Of a stretch of 64,000 nt of DNA, positions 28,219 to 43,696 are shown in pieces (position 1 is the first letter of the stretch; the number at the start of each line of letters is the position of its first letter). The translations under genes were made by a program, and so were the position numbers. The notes beneath the pieces are model-generated. The model searched no databases. It saw nothing but the letters and a program-made list of their open reading frames with translations, and was not told the origin of the DNA. The stretch comes from Tubulanus polymorphus (taxonomy: Eukaryota > Animalia > Nemertea), in NCBI RefSeq assembly GCF_964204645.1, contig NC_134026.1, positions 27,872,150 to 27,936,149 of the forward strand. Direction: 5' to 3'.

Positions 28219-28673
28219 CAGGCGCGGATCCTAAGGACTAGACCTTAAGCAAAATGTGAATGAAAATAAATTCCCCAAAATCAAAAGCACTCTCCCTTGC
28301 TCAAAAAGGCACTATTCTTAAATAGATATTATTGTTGCTCTATAAGTTTAATCGAAAAAGGGCAAAATTTTGCCAAAAAAATCTTTAAATAAGGTATGAT
28401 ACAGTGGCATGATGCCAATAAATGGCACACAAATTCTGAACAAATCTCGTAAAAAGGCAGGCTAAGATCAGTTTTTTATTAGAATCTGCCCTGTTGACCT
28501 TACCAAGTGCTTGGAAATGCATTAAAATAAACATGGAATTTGAAGGCCCCCATCAGACCCCCGTTATCTGCTTCGAGACTAAGTCGCTCGCTGGGCATGG
28601 ATACTGGCCCTTTTCAAAGTTGGTGCCCTTTTTCACTGTGCTGTAGTCATTGAATGGCCTGGATCCGCGCCTG
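28219..28673. mobile_element. MITE with perfect 13-bp TIR CAGGCGCGGATCC
   Basis: CAGGCGCGGATCC at 28219 and GGATCCGCGCCTG ending at 28673; internal aaaagggca-like repeats. Confidence 0.75.
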
Positions 28674-30617
28674 CTGATATATGTCAAGAATTCATTCAAA
28701 GACCAAATAGGCCTATCTAATAAGAGTTGATTGTGAAGCAAATTGTAGTCTGGAATTATTCTGAGAATCAAGCATGAAATTTTGCTCTTTTAAATATGAA
28801 ACGGTAATAATGCTGTAGGCTAACTAATAGAAATAGAAGGAACATCATAGCAAGTCTCACAAGAAGTATGAATCATTAATATAAATCGTTTTTATTGCAT
28901 TAATCACAGATTCAAAGGCTGATTAAACATATGCAGTTTGATATCCAGGGCCTGTGTAAAATAAAGGTCGCACATTGTGATTATATAACTAAATATCAGA
29001 GAGTAGATGATGGAATATAGAATTTGAAGACACAAAATCAATTTTGTATTGATTGGACGATATTATTACATGTGCAATATGTGGTTAGGCGCATAGAGTA
29101 GTTTGCATCACACCTCCTCCAATATCTGAAAACTAACTGAAGGGCTCTGTTTATTATAGGCCTACACTAACTATCATTATTCCAATGATGAAAGCTGCGA
29201 AAATCTAATAAACTGAGAGCTGAGCAGAAAAAGAAGTGAACTATTTCTATGTGATTTTTTTTGGCTTATACTTGGAAAATACACTGCATTTTCAAAAATG
29301 GCAGACATCGTGAATAATGATGTATTTGTACTCATTGTACTTTGATTATTACGAATATGAAATATATTTGTTTGGCACCACAAAGTAGGCTAATTGCAGA
29401 AAGGATTTTTCATAAATAAGTCCCAGACCCTATAGCCTATCCCTTGGACATCATACTTAAGAATACTGGCCTATTTGAATAATATAAACTCTAAAGATTC
29501 AACGATAAATGAATAATGAAAATCAAGTAGGCCCAGAAACAACTGGATTGTGCTGTAGGAGACAAGAAACCACTGGAGTCTGCTAAAGTGATAGAAATCT
29601 AAAAGATGACTTTAGCCTAGCTTTTTATGGAGGTTTTTTACTGAAATATTATCCTGTTCCTAACATAGGCTTCATAAATAATCGATGAGCACACTTAATA
29701 AAGATCGAGAGAATTGTGATGATCTATTAGATTATAACGGGTACATTTACCAGCCATGTTATTCTGACGGAATATTAATCCATCTTGCATGAAGATAAAG
29801 ATAGATGAGACAAGTGTATCAAATTTACACTGACTGATATCGATTTCATAAACTATAAACTGAAAGCAAATAGAACCAGATTTCATACAAATCTATATCT
29901 TATCATTGTCTGACAGATTCATTACATAGTCCATTTTTTATACCTTAAATCACTAAATAAGTAAAGAATAAGGAGACATTTCCATAATCCGAAAAATTGC
30001 AGGCACAATTATTCAGCATCCATGAAATATCAATACAGCAAAATGATTTTGTTTATTTTTGCCTATTCAATATTGCGAGCAAATGCATCATTGTAGGATC
30101 TAACCATCCAACCTAAAAATCATCAATAACTGGCATGTAGCATATTTATCATGCCTAGTAAGTCATTTCTGAAGGGTTTAAATGTCAGCAACAATCCATA
30201 ATCATGTATTGAATAGTGTATCCATTCATCCTACCTAATTTAGAAATCACTACAATTTACGTGAAAATCATTCCAAGTCATTTAAAGAACCGGGCTAGCA
30301 AATGGGCGCTCCACACATATTTCTCCTCAGTAACAATGATATCACTAGCACACTTATGACAAGAGCCACTGGCCCTGCCTATATAAAGCAAAATGATATG
30401 CCCTGGTCATTGTAGAAAGTGTGGTTTTCAAATCTGACAATACTACCGTCTAGTCTAAGTCTAATAAAATGACATGTCACATCACCACCAACCCGGTGTG
30501 TGGGAGTGTGTGACATGGAAAATTCATCTTCTTCCAGCTCCGCTCCGATTCAAGCATCCCTGAGCCCGAACTCAAAACTAAACTAAAATATTACGCAACA
30601 TAACATAAATAACTTAC

Positions 30618-30725
30618 CGATATATAACCCAGTCAAATACTGCACCGAGACGATAACTCTAAAGACATTCAGCTAGGTGTGCTTCTTCATCTTCCTGCCA
30701 GCTTCCGCATCGCGTCAACTCGAAA
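30618..30725 (-). other. Candidate first (non-coding) exon of the cwf21/SRRM-like gene
   Basis: Strong donor cg|gtaagt at about 30617, in a CpG-richer segment about 300 bp from the divergent TMEM8 start. The upstream boundary is approximate. Confidence 0.5.
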
Positions 30726-31022
30726 TATGACTAAAATCCGGTTGTGGAATTGAAAATCCGAAACCTACTTTTATTGTAGCCCTAAAACGAAATACGAAAC
30801 AAGTAAAGAATCAAACTCTTTCTATTGGTGTCTATCATGATTTATATAAATGCTAAGCAATTAGTTATACAATATCGGAATTAATTTTTGAAAAATGTTT
30901 TCCAGTGACATATTCTGCAGTAATACTAGCTTTTGGTCATTTCAGCAATCAGGCTTAGATAACGGAAATAACGGAATCTCCTGAAAATGACGTCATGATA
31001 ATGGGGAATCCCTCTGTCAAAA
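30726..31022. promoter_or_regulatory. Probable bidirectional promoter (SRRM-like / TMEM8-like)
   Basis: Head-to-head arrangement, CRE TGACGTCA at 30988-30995, kB-like GGGGAATCCC at 31003-31012, and YY1-like AAAATGGCG over the TMEM8 ATG. Confidence 0.5.
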
Positions 31023-34000
31023 ATGGCGAAATGTCATAAAATACTGGGGCTCTACGGACAATTATATCTTCACAAAGCATTGATCATCTATTTTCTCATT
31101 TCTACTCACACAGTTTTTGTACCAGGTGAAGACATAACGTACACACGACCATTATCTTACGCAATCCTTATTTATCTGATATAATGATAGCTCGTCTCAC
31201 TACTCGTTTTTTAAATCATTATTCATTCTTCCAAAGTTCAACAACAATTACAATTCCCAATGTTGTGCGCCCTGCTGCTGTAACGCCTGGGCTGTTTTAA
31301 GTGAGGTGCGCCTGCCTACTACGACAACAGTTGGCCCTTCACACATTTATTGGACCTTAGGTTGTATGGCGTGGATATACTGTCAAAATTTAAACCATCA
31401 TTTTTTATGCGTTAATCGAGGTGTCATATTTTTTATGTGTCAATTTACTGTATTTATATTCTAAGTAAAAGATAGTAATGATTCGTTTCATTTTCTTTTG
31501 CAGGATATGTAATTGAACATAGTCACGATGGACTTGTAGTTTCCACGTATAAGAACTATGGAAGTGTAGCAGTCGCTTCATACATCATTCCAGAACAAAC
31601 TCAGTCCTCGCGATGGCTTTTTATGGCCTTCAGTATTTCTGAATGTTCCAATCCAGCCACTGTGAACATGTATGGTATATTGATTGTATACTTTATCCTC
31701 CTCAATTTATACATGTGCGTTAAAATAAATCATTTTTCAGATATTTACATGCTCATGGTTATCCAGTCATATCACCGAAAAACGAAAGTTTTCCCGAAAA
31801 CTTCATGTTGACTCATAAAAACAATTATAAAATTCCTTTGAATACAAATGACCATCCCATCGCATTTGGTGTGTTTAATCCAACGCCGGGAAGATGGTTT
31901 TCCGCCGCTTTCGTCGAAGAATCAAATACAGCTATCAAACAAAAGGTGATTTACATAGGATTAACTTAATTGTTATTTATTTCCTATACTATACAGTGTT
32001 GTTTACAATATATTGTTTATTAATGCCTTTCAGGGTTTACACACTAAGTGCAGATATGCTTACAGCGCACGACATATCGTTTTTACTCGGGAAGATATTA
32101 ATGAAATACTAGTTGTCAATAACCAAAATTTCACTCATCAAGCTGAATTGACTAATCAATCAGTTCAAATCTACTTCAAGTAAGTTTTTATTTGGTATCA
32201 TCTTAGAAAATGCTTTTCTCAACAAATGACCAATACCCAGTATCCTATGACTTGGAATATTATCTTTTCAGATACCAGCTCCCTCAATTTACATATCGCT
32301 ATACAGTTAATATAACTGATTGTGAAAGCAGCGATGTTTCAAATGGAAGTTGTCCAATTGTTATCATCACTAATGGTGCAGCTCTACCATCTACCTATAC
32401 AAGTCTAGTAACTAACTGTATACAGAAACCAGGACCGTGTGTTCATGAGGAGGCACAGCCTGTACCTCTTCAATGGAACTACTTATACTTCAATCTAGTT
32501 GAAGGATCAGGGGTTAATTTCAAGTTTCAGATAACTTACAAAGGTAAAATTAACTCGATTGATGTTTTTCGATCTCTGAATTGACAATCCTGATTATGTA
32601 CCGTGAACAGAAATGATTTGATATGGAAACTATGGCATTTTCAGAATGTACTGAAATAAAGTATAAAGATTCGGATTCTGCAAAAATACAAATACAAACA
32701 GAAGATGCTGGGTATAACAGGACTATCAACAGCACAAATCGAAGTAATGTTGACAGTCCTTCTATGGTGAACTTGAATATCAAACAGTGGAATACAACGA
32801 ATACAACAATTCTAAAAAATGCAGAAACTGACAAAGTTTCTGAACGGGGCAAGTTAAATTATCATTTCATGGTATTAAGTTTGTGACTGATAAATATTTT
32901 AATTTTCTTTCTGATTTCGTGATTTTGTAGGCAAGATGGTTTCGTATGAACCAGTTGTCGTTGACCCTGATGCGACCTGTATAGGAAGTGTTGATATAGA
33001 CACAGTTCGTTCCTCAGGCCGGTTTTATCGATATTACATGTTGTTACCAGCAGTTATGAATACAATCAGTTTACAAAACTGGACAGCCGTATATGGGTTT
33101 AAACTGGATGAAATGTTAGACATGGGAGGTACCCTAAAATTTCAGGCAAAACGAAAAGATAAAGATGTAAGTTTTGCCTATAGAATCGGTAACCTATTTA
33201 TTGTAAACTTCGTGCTGATATTTAAATATTTTTATCTTAATGAAGAAGCGGAAAAACATCAGCATAGAATTTTGTCTACAACAGAAGTACGTGCCAGTGA
33301 GTGATGATGGAATTCTCTGTGGATCACGTCAAATATGGTTACATCCAGAAAATGATTCAGTGACCGATTATATACCCTACCCCGAGTACGGTCTGTGGTA
33401 TCTAGCGGCTCGACGACATTGTACAGAAGGCAATGAAACGTACGTTGAGAAATCACATTTTAGATTTGATTTCCAGTATTTGATACACAATACCATTTTA
33501 TTTTCATTTGCAGAGATTGTACTGAGAATTCTACTGAAGTTCAAATAATTTTGTCAAGTCACCCGTGCGTCGAAGGCGAATGTGGAAAACACGGTCGATG
33601 CACTTACTTCAATAGTTATCTTTATCATTTCAGTTCCTGTAAATGTGATTCAGGTTGGTGTCGGACTTCAAACATTTTTAACCGATTGAATAGACTTGAT
33701 AATTCAAATGCCGGTTTATGCATATTTCAGGCTGGCGTGGATATACGTGTGGCGATGGAAAATATGCTAAGAGTGAAGCTCAAATGATTGCCACAGTTTT
33801 ACTGTTGACTCTTAGTAATCTCTTCTTTCTACCTGCGATAGTCATCGCAATTAAGAGAGCTTTTTATGTTGAAGCAATTGTATATTTTTTTAATATGTTT
33901 TTCTCTAGTGTAAGTAAAAGTTGTCATGATGCCTGTTCTTCATTCATCTATTGTGTCGAGTTAAGCTCCTTTGACGCTGCCGACATTATTTTTTCAGTTC

Positions 34001-34754
34001 TACCATGCCTGTGATCAAGATTATGGATATTATTTGTGTATAATGCCATACGATATACTGAGTTTCTGTGATTTTTTGGGATCAATTTCATCTTTCTGGG
34101 TAACAATCCTTTGTATGGCTAAGCTGCAACCAGTACTCAGAAGTTCATTTCATACATTTGGAATACTATTAATAGCGATGGGAGTTTACTGGGATCGTCA
34201 TGGTATTTGGATATTTCTCGTTCCCGTCATAACCGCTGTTCTCATTATGATTACCTCATGGGTAAGTTCATTACATGAGCATGTAGTGACGTTATTATGA
34301 AAGGCATTTGACTACAGATACCTTTGGTCTTTTTCAGGGTGTGAGGATGTACCGATCAAAGTCATTGTTCCCAAGCAAAAAGCGTTATCTATTCCATATA
34401 CTTCCGGGAATATGCTTGGCAGGTATAGGACTGGTACTGTTCGCATTCGTAGAGACTGACGATAATTATTTCTATGTACACAGTATATGGCACGTTCTGC
34501 TTTCGACTAGTATCATATTTCTATTACCGAGTAAACGACGACAGTCTGCATCATTAAACGATGACCGTTCATTGCTTGCCTCCACCTACTGTATGGCATC
34601 TACTAATGATGAACGTGGAACTGATAATTCCTCGATGAGGCCGAGAATGGTATCAGCTGATCAACCACTAGGTAACCATGATACTATTAGTACTGCTACA
34701 ACTAACACATCCTCAATTAGTAATAACACTTTGAAACCGATTGTACCTGTTTAA
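31023..34754 (+). CDS. TMEM8: TMEM8/PGAP6-family membrane protein (about 12 exons; EGF-like domain plus 7-TM region)
   Basis: Spliced translation gives a hydrophobic N-terminus, GYPVISP, PTPGRWF, LDMGGTL, PYPEYGLWYL, EGF-like CGKHGRC...CKCDSGWRGYTC, LLTLSNLFFLPAI, FYHACD and HSIWH. Stop at 34754. Confidence 0.92.
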
Positions 34755-35346
34755 AACTACCTTTTTAAATTCAAACCTGTTGCACTTGTGTGACAATGTC
34801 AATATGAAAGCAATTCTATATTTTTTATGTAAGGTTGACATTGTCATTGACATTGTGGAGTAAAAAAACAATGTAGTATAGTATATTTTCGCTAGGTTAT
34901 ACCGTATTTGATGTTATGTAAAAGGTAACAGCTTTACTGGAAGATATTCTACCAAATTTTTCAGCAACTCCTCGACTATCTTTTAATAGGTTCATTCAAT
35001 CAAATCTAATAAGACAATTTTGGAGAAAAATATAATCAAAAATGATTCATAAGCCAATATGAGGTTTTAGAGAAAAAAGAATCAAACCTATTGGTGATTG
35101 AAATATTCATACAACAAATTAAAGATTGATAGAATTCACCGATTAAATGTTTAGAGATTTTTTTTCAATCCATTTTTCTCAATCAGCTAATCAAGTATCA
35201 ATGAAATGAGGGTAATTTAACCTGTGATTTAGTTCTCACATTTCTTAATTACATGGTATGGTTTATTTCATCATCCACTATGCACTGTGCTTGATTATTA
35301 TCTAGCTTTGTAATGACAGAATTGAGTTGTACCAGTATGCAGCATA

Positions 35347-35582
35347 AACTGTGTTCACACTATCCCTTCTTAGTCCATCCTGATTTGGCCCAGAACGAAC
35401 CAAATCATTGCTGTGCATTCACACAGGCTTTTGAATCTGCTGCTAACCCTGGTACAGCTTGACCCAACACTGTGATTTGAAATGGAACAAACGGATTTAG
35501 AACAGCCTTTGCTAGCATGAGTGCTTGGTCTGATTTGAATGGCTTAAATTTGGAACGTTCTAGATAACGTGTGAACATGGCT
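35347..35582. mobile_element. Harbinger-like MITE in the probable TMEM8 3'UTR
   Basis: TIRs ctgtgttcacac / gtgtgaacatgg. Confidence 0.5.
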
Positions 35583-37648
35583 ATATAATGTATCGGTCAA
35601 CAATTACTGTTGAGATTTGTTCCAAGCATGAAAACATTTTACACTGAACTGATTTTTATTAATGATAGATGATTTGCAATTTGTTATTTCGAACGTTTGA
35701 CTTATGGTATGTGTATTGTTATTCCTGCAACGTTTACATAGATTGATTGCATTGTTTATTTTGATTTTTCAGTTGATTTTATGGAATGACATTCATTGTT
35801 GTCTGTTGAAGATTCACCCACCTAACACTTATCCACCGTTCAACGTAACTCTGTTGGTGCATGTCTTGTGTATTTATGTTGATATTTAATTTATTTCAAC
35901 AACCATCCTTACAGCCTGTGTTGTAAAGTGAGGTTATAGAATGTGATTCTGTGGAACAACATATCAGTGTTATTTTGTCCATACTAGAAATGTATTTAAC
36001 TGGTAGTCAACGTAAAACTTATCAATTGTCCTAAGATATTTTTTGTTTAGTTCGTCAAATTTTATTATGATTATTTGGCAAGCTCAAACTTAGAAAATTG
36101 AGACTACATCGAAATGATTTTTATCCGTATAAATTTGTTAATGAATCAGATCAGTGCATGTATTACCCGGTATGCTGATGTGATTTTTTTTGATCTCACA
36201 AAGTTTTGTTATTCAATTTTTCAACAAACACAGCTTTTGCATTAATTTTCAGCATTGATTTTTGAATGTATCATCTTTTGATGTATGTGCTATAATCTGT
36301 ATCTTATCTTTATATCAGCCGTTTTAAATTACTTTGCTAAACATTCATCTATCTAGTTTAACAGTATCTCGCAGACTTAGTGGGAATGCATGTCTCCAAT
36401 TTTATCTATTTATTCAGACATCTATATCCCCGGTATATGCCTAGAGTTAGATTTATTGTAGTCTAAAATACGTTTTAAATGTAAGATGTCAAATTTGTAT
36501 GATGGGGATACATATGTTTTGCTATCATATAGCATACGTGTTTATATGGAATATTTCTGTAGATATCATCAAGAATGTATTTTAATTGTACACATAATAT
36601 GTAGTATAATGTTAATTAAGATATACAAAATATATGTGAATACTATTTCAGAAACTGTTTTATTAGCTCAGATCTACCTGATTTCCATCGGAGGATAACC
36701 TATTCTCGAAATTAACATAACCAGTAAAAAATAATCAGTTTAAATTAATGTGGTTGTTCTTGATTTATTGATTTTTCCCTTAATTCAACAATTAACAATT
36801 TCTTTGAATACTTTGAATATTAAAAATATAACGCGAGTGTAAAATACATATGAAATTAGAGAGACATAATTATCAGTATTGGATCTTATCTAGGAAATTT
36901 TTACATCTTCAGCTGCATGAAATTTTATGTACAAGTTGGCAGGTTGTTCAGACAAAATTATATTTCATTGAAATAACATATGTGTATACGATATTCAAGC
37001 TGCATATACATCTCTGATTGGCATTATTCACCATGACTATCATTAAATAAATACTTTGAATGAATATTCACTTAATTATCAAAATACAATGATTGAATAA
37101 TGACCAATACCATAAAAATTAACTTCTGTATACAAATAGAACTTACCCAGAAAATCAAACAAAATAAACATCTAAAATTCATAAACTGTATAAAGTTTTG
37201 GAATCAATATATGGAATGTCTATCCATATTACACAAAATCATGCAATCACAAGATCGGTTGTATATTTTCCAGTTTTCCATTGAAAAGAATGAAAATGTA
37301 ATTAACAAACAGTGTTATCCATCATAAAAGATGAATGAGAAAGATGGATAGTTATGACACCGCTGTAAGCACTGCTAGATATTTAATAATATTTGTAAGC
37401 TATCAGGAAAGCTTTTATATTGTAGCGAGCATAAATGACGCAGTGCCTATACATTATGACACTGATACATATTTTTGTATCGGAATATTGAATCAGCAGA
37501 ACCTCTTACAAACCTCTATCTACGGTATTTAAAAAAACCAAAAATTTGATTCAGTTAAAAAATAATCAAATCTGCCAATGTTCTCATTTTCCACTCCCCT
37601 GATTTTGGTTCTTATGAGGTTTTAAAAAAAAAAGAAGTTTGCTGCTAC

Positions 37649-39046
37649 TTAAGCCATATTTTGAATATTGAACTCCTGCTCATGGGCAACAGGGTCTACT
37701 GTTGATGATTTCGGACTTGTAGTAATGTCACATCTATCATTCTTCTTCCTAGCAGCGTAAAGGTTAGGATCAATGATTGGCCTGAAGAAATCAGTAGTTC
37801 CAACCACCTGAAAATATATACAAAACAAAACAATGATTTCACTTTGACGATTGGTCATGACCTGTTATCATGAGCAGAACCATGTATACTTACAACACAG
37901 ATAGTTACTATACAACCGAGAACCGCGCCTCCAAGTACATCAGACCAATGATGTTTATAATCAGACACGCGGGACAGCGTACATGCAAAAGCCAACATCA
38001 TAGCTATTATCTGTAGAACATGTTTCAAAAGATGGCTGCCTTTCCATTGGAATCGATACTGAATATACAGCTACAATTGGGAAAGAGGGAAAGAATTATG
38101 TAACATAATGTTTAGTTAGGCGTACACAAAGAAAGTAGATTAACATCGGGATAACAGAAGCAGATATTAAGACATAATGTACTTACTGTCAGATACAACA
38201 TACTTGCAAATGACATTGATGCGTGACCAGAAGGAAAGGACAATCTATAATATATAAATAATTCTATCAATCAAAGTTAAACTACCACAAATTGGTGGCA
38301 CAAAACAATGCGTGATCATCAAGACATACCTTGCATTCTTCAAATTATATGAATCAGTTCCGGTACATACATAGGACTCAATATATCCGCTAGAGCAATT
38401 AAATTTCGAATAATCTGGCTTGCAGACTGCAAAGAAATGTGGTCGCAATCGACCTATGGAATATTTTCCAACATCGGTAAAAAACTGGTTGACAAATATG
38501 TTGAAGATAAGTAGGCCGATGTATTTGTAGCAATTAAAGACAAATCTATTTATGCGTAGATTTCCCAGCTTGAATAGTTTAGCATCTACTGTCAGTGGTT
38601 TCTTGAAACGGTATGTTAGACCTTCAACCAAAATAATCTGTAACAAAATATACAATGTTTCTGGTAATTTCCAAACAAAAGACTGCTGTCAACTCAAGCT
38701 CACAACTGTGGAGCTGGGTCCTGCACTTAAGTAGGGACTTGACTTACAGTCAAAATAGGAACTCCAGCACCAACCACTCCGAGAACTGCACTAGTTACTG
38801 TCGAGTCTTTGAATGGGTGCATTAAACTTTCATCATTACAGTAAAATCCACGGTGATACGGTGAAACGCCCCATTTGAATACAGCAGCTGGAATTGCAAC
38901 TACAAAAAGAGAAATAGATTGAAATACTAGCAGTTTCATCGAACAATAAGGAAACATATCATTCATTCTTTATACATACCGCATGCTACACAAATGAAAT
39001 CAATGATAATATGACGAATTATATATGCAGAACTTGACTCTTCCAT
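37649..39046 (-). CDS. PLPP: Phospholipid phosphatase (PAP2/LPP; PLPP1/3 or wunen-like), multi-exon
   Basis: RGFYCNDESL, motif C1 KYSIGRLRP, C2 SFPSGH and C3 SRVSDYKHHWSDV across GT-AG introns. ATG at 39046, TAA at 37649. Confidence 0.95.
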
Positions 39047-39864
39047 GGCCGCTCAGTGATGATTATCTACCCGTATGAAACTTCAATTATTTGATCATGA
39101 GATAATCTTCCTGGTTTGAAGTGCAACACTATTTTTACCTATTAAAAATCAGTCGAATACACAGTGTTAACAGTCTACGATCTATGATTCACATACTAAT
39201 CCTAACCCTCTGGGTCCTCTTAGACCGTAACGGTTAGTTAAGATATGGTTAAAAACCATATCTTAACTCTAATCCTACCCAATCCAATAAGAATAATGAT
39301 TTTATTGTTACTTTTATTAGATTTTTATAAGACTTTTATTGTTATTTTTCCTCCTTTATTGCTTTTTATACTTGTATGTTTTATTGTAAAACTTTCTAAG
39401 TAATAACTTAGGGTTTCGTAATAAAGAATTGAATTGAATTGTTTGCATCCTACCACTCAATCAAAAGAAGGGCAGCAGGATCAGTAAGTAATGTCAATGA
39501 GACATTCATTATGATTGATACGTGGAGTTGACACTTGAACCTGAGCACAAGGCGTTTGAGCCAGTAATTCCAACTATTTCAATCTAATTTTGTATAAAGA
39601 CTTCGATTTATACCTACTCAATACTGAATCGATAGGTAATAAATAAATCGAAGGTGCAGGGTCTAGAATTGATTTAACTTCCGCATCCACTCGTCCTTGG
39701 CAGTAAAAGGGTAACTCCGAGAACGAGTTGCCGAGAACTGTACAATGAAATTCAATTTCGAATCTTTATTGTCACTAACTTCCTGTGTCTAATTTAGATT
39801 GCACGCAATCAATCTCTTTCTCAATTTCTCACAGTAATATCGTCCACTAACTGGTTAGATTAAA

Positions 39865-41820
39865 ATGGCGAAGAAAGACAATTGCGATAACATATTTGAT
39901 TATTACTTTGAGGCGGGAGAAAGTACTGAAAAAATAACTCGCACTCCAGAAGAAACGGAGAAATGGCTTTCTGTAAGTGGCACGTTTCTGCATTTTGACG
40001 ATCAGCCTCAGACCAATAACCATACGAAAGCAATTAGAACAATACATTTGTATTTTTCAGGAATTTGATAATCATCCCGCATTTGCTTCAGAAATTGATT
40101 TCTCAAAACCATTATCACCTGAGATGGAAGCCATGCAACAACTTATATATGATGAAAATGATCCAGAAGGTAAGGGCCGTTTAATTTCCTCTGCACATAG
40201 TTAAAAGGGCTTTTGTATGAATGAATGTTTTCAATATTTCAGCTTGTGCAGAAAATTACAAAGAGGATGGCAATGAAAACTTCAAAAAGAAAAAGTACAA
40301 AATTGCGGTTGAGAATTACAGTGCCGGAATCAAACTACGATGTCCAAACAAGGAACTTAATGCTACCCTATACAGTAATAGAGCAGCTGCACAATTCAGA
40401 ATCAGTCAGTTTCATTTGAGATTTACCTGCTCTTTTTGTGATTTGATTGAAATCTAATCTTTGTTTCTTCTTTCTGTCTCAAAGAAAATTATGGATCTGC
40501 ACTCAGAGACTGTCTCGCAGCAAGGAAATTCAAACCAGATCATATGAAGGCTATCATAAAAGGTATGGTTAATATTTTAATTGACACTCATTCAATCATT
40601 CAAAATTAACTGATCATTTCAATGTATAATGTATATTTCTGCTTGTTTATTGAGGTTCCCAGTGCTGTCTGGAACTATCGAGGCCAGAAGAAGTTATAAT
40701 GTGGTGTGACGCAGGCCTTGTCGTATCCTTTCCTTATGAATTACATATCAAGATGGCACTTTCATAAGTTTTGATGTTAATCCTTAATTCTAGAGAGTAT
40801 GATGATAAAAATGAAACTCTATTAGAATTGAGAATGAAAGCAGACAAATTATTGGTAAATACTTGCAAAATATGTGTTAATCATCAAATAAAATCCAATC
40901 CTGTGTTGTTTCTGTAGTATGAGTTTTACTTTTAAATTTTCAAATTAGAAAGAACAGCAAAGAAATAAACGTAGACTGGAGGCTGAACATAGGAAAAAAG
41001 TAAAATCAGAAAAAGAACTTCTCCAGATAATCAAGGTACGAGTATTTACATATTAATTAGGATATTGGAATAACAAGAAGTATTAATTCATTTGAGTGAT
41101 TTCATGTTTAAGGAAAGAAATATTCACCTTGAAATGGAAAATGAACCAAAAGTTACCCATGAGATGTTTATGGAGAGTATAGTTCCTGAATGTCCAACTG
41201 GTGCAGCAAAAATGGTTCACTTAACCGATGATGGGTCTCTAGTGTGGCCTGTGCTATTTCTTTACCCTGAATTTGGGGAAACGGATTTCATCGCAGCATT
41301 TAAGGATAGTGATTGGTATGTAAGAAGCCTTCAATGTACCGATACATTGATTAATCTATCAAGCCTCTAAATGTTTTTCTGTTAGATAGTTTAAAGGATC
41401 ATATCAATGTGATGTTTGGAGACAATGTTGAACCACCTTGTTGGGACACAGAAAGGAAATATCGACCAGATACAATAGATGTAAGTTACAAGATTATACA
41501 GACTAATTGTATTGGCTGTTAGAATGATACTTTATTCGAAATACATGTAATTCTTTAGATTTTTGTGGAGGTGAAAAGAAAAACCAAGTTGGTGCAAGTA
41601 AATCCTCGACAGACATTAGGAGAAATACTGTGCGATATAAAGTTAGTAATTATTGAAGACACAGCTAATTTGTGATTCAATTTCAAATCCTAAAAGATAT
41701 TAACTTCCTGGTTTTTATTTCAGGATTGGGTATATTATATCTGCTGGAACGCCATCATTTCTTATTCTCTTGAAAGATTCACCTTATAGAGCTAAATTCT
41801 TGGAAAAATATAAGCTATAA
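39865..41820 (+). CDS. TTC4: Tetratricopeptide repeat protein 4 (Cns1/Dpit47-like Hsp70/90 co-chaperone), multi-exon
   Basis: LSPEMEAMQQL, AENYKEDGNENFK, LYSNRAAAQF, WCDAGL, LVWPVLFLYPEFGETDFI and GTPSFLIL. Stop at 41820. Confidence 0.93.
40723..40797 (+). other. U12-type (minor spliceosome) GT-AG intron in TTC4
   Basis: Donor GTATCCTTT and branch TCCTTAAT at 40781-40788. Removal restores the frame WCDAGLV|YDDKNETLLELRMKADKL. Confidence 0.88.
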
Positions 41821-41971
41821 AGTAATATAATCCGAGTTGGTGTCCTTCTATATATGAACTGCTTTGAACCTCCCAATCAAAATGAAGAAGATCTACATTG
41901 TACTAAGTGTTCATTGTCTTTAAATGTTTATTCAATTACTATGTACAATGTACAATTTTCTATGCCAGGTG

Positions 41972-43696
<1,725 letters not shown>

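Noticed and set aside
34791-34846. 12-bp inverted repeat tgacaatgtcaa/ttgacattgtca in the TMEM8 3'UTR, considered as a SECIS or pre-miRNA
   Set aside because: No in-frame TGA was found in the CDS, there is no SECIS core geometry, and the stem is too short for a pre-miRNA.
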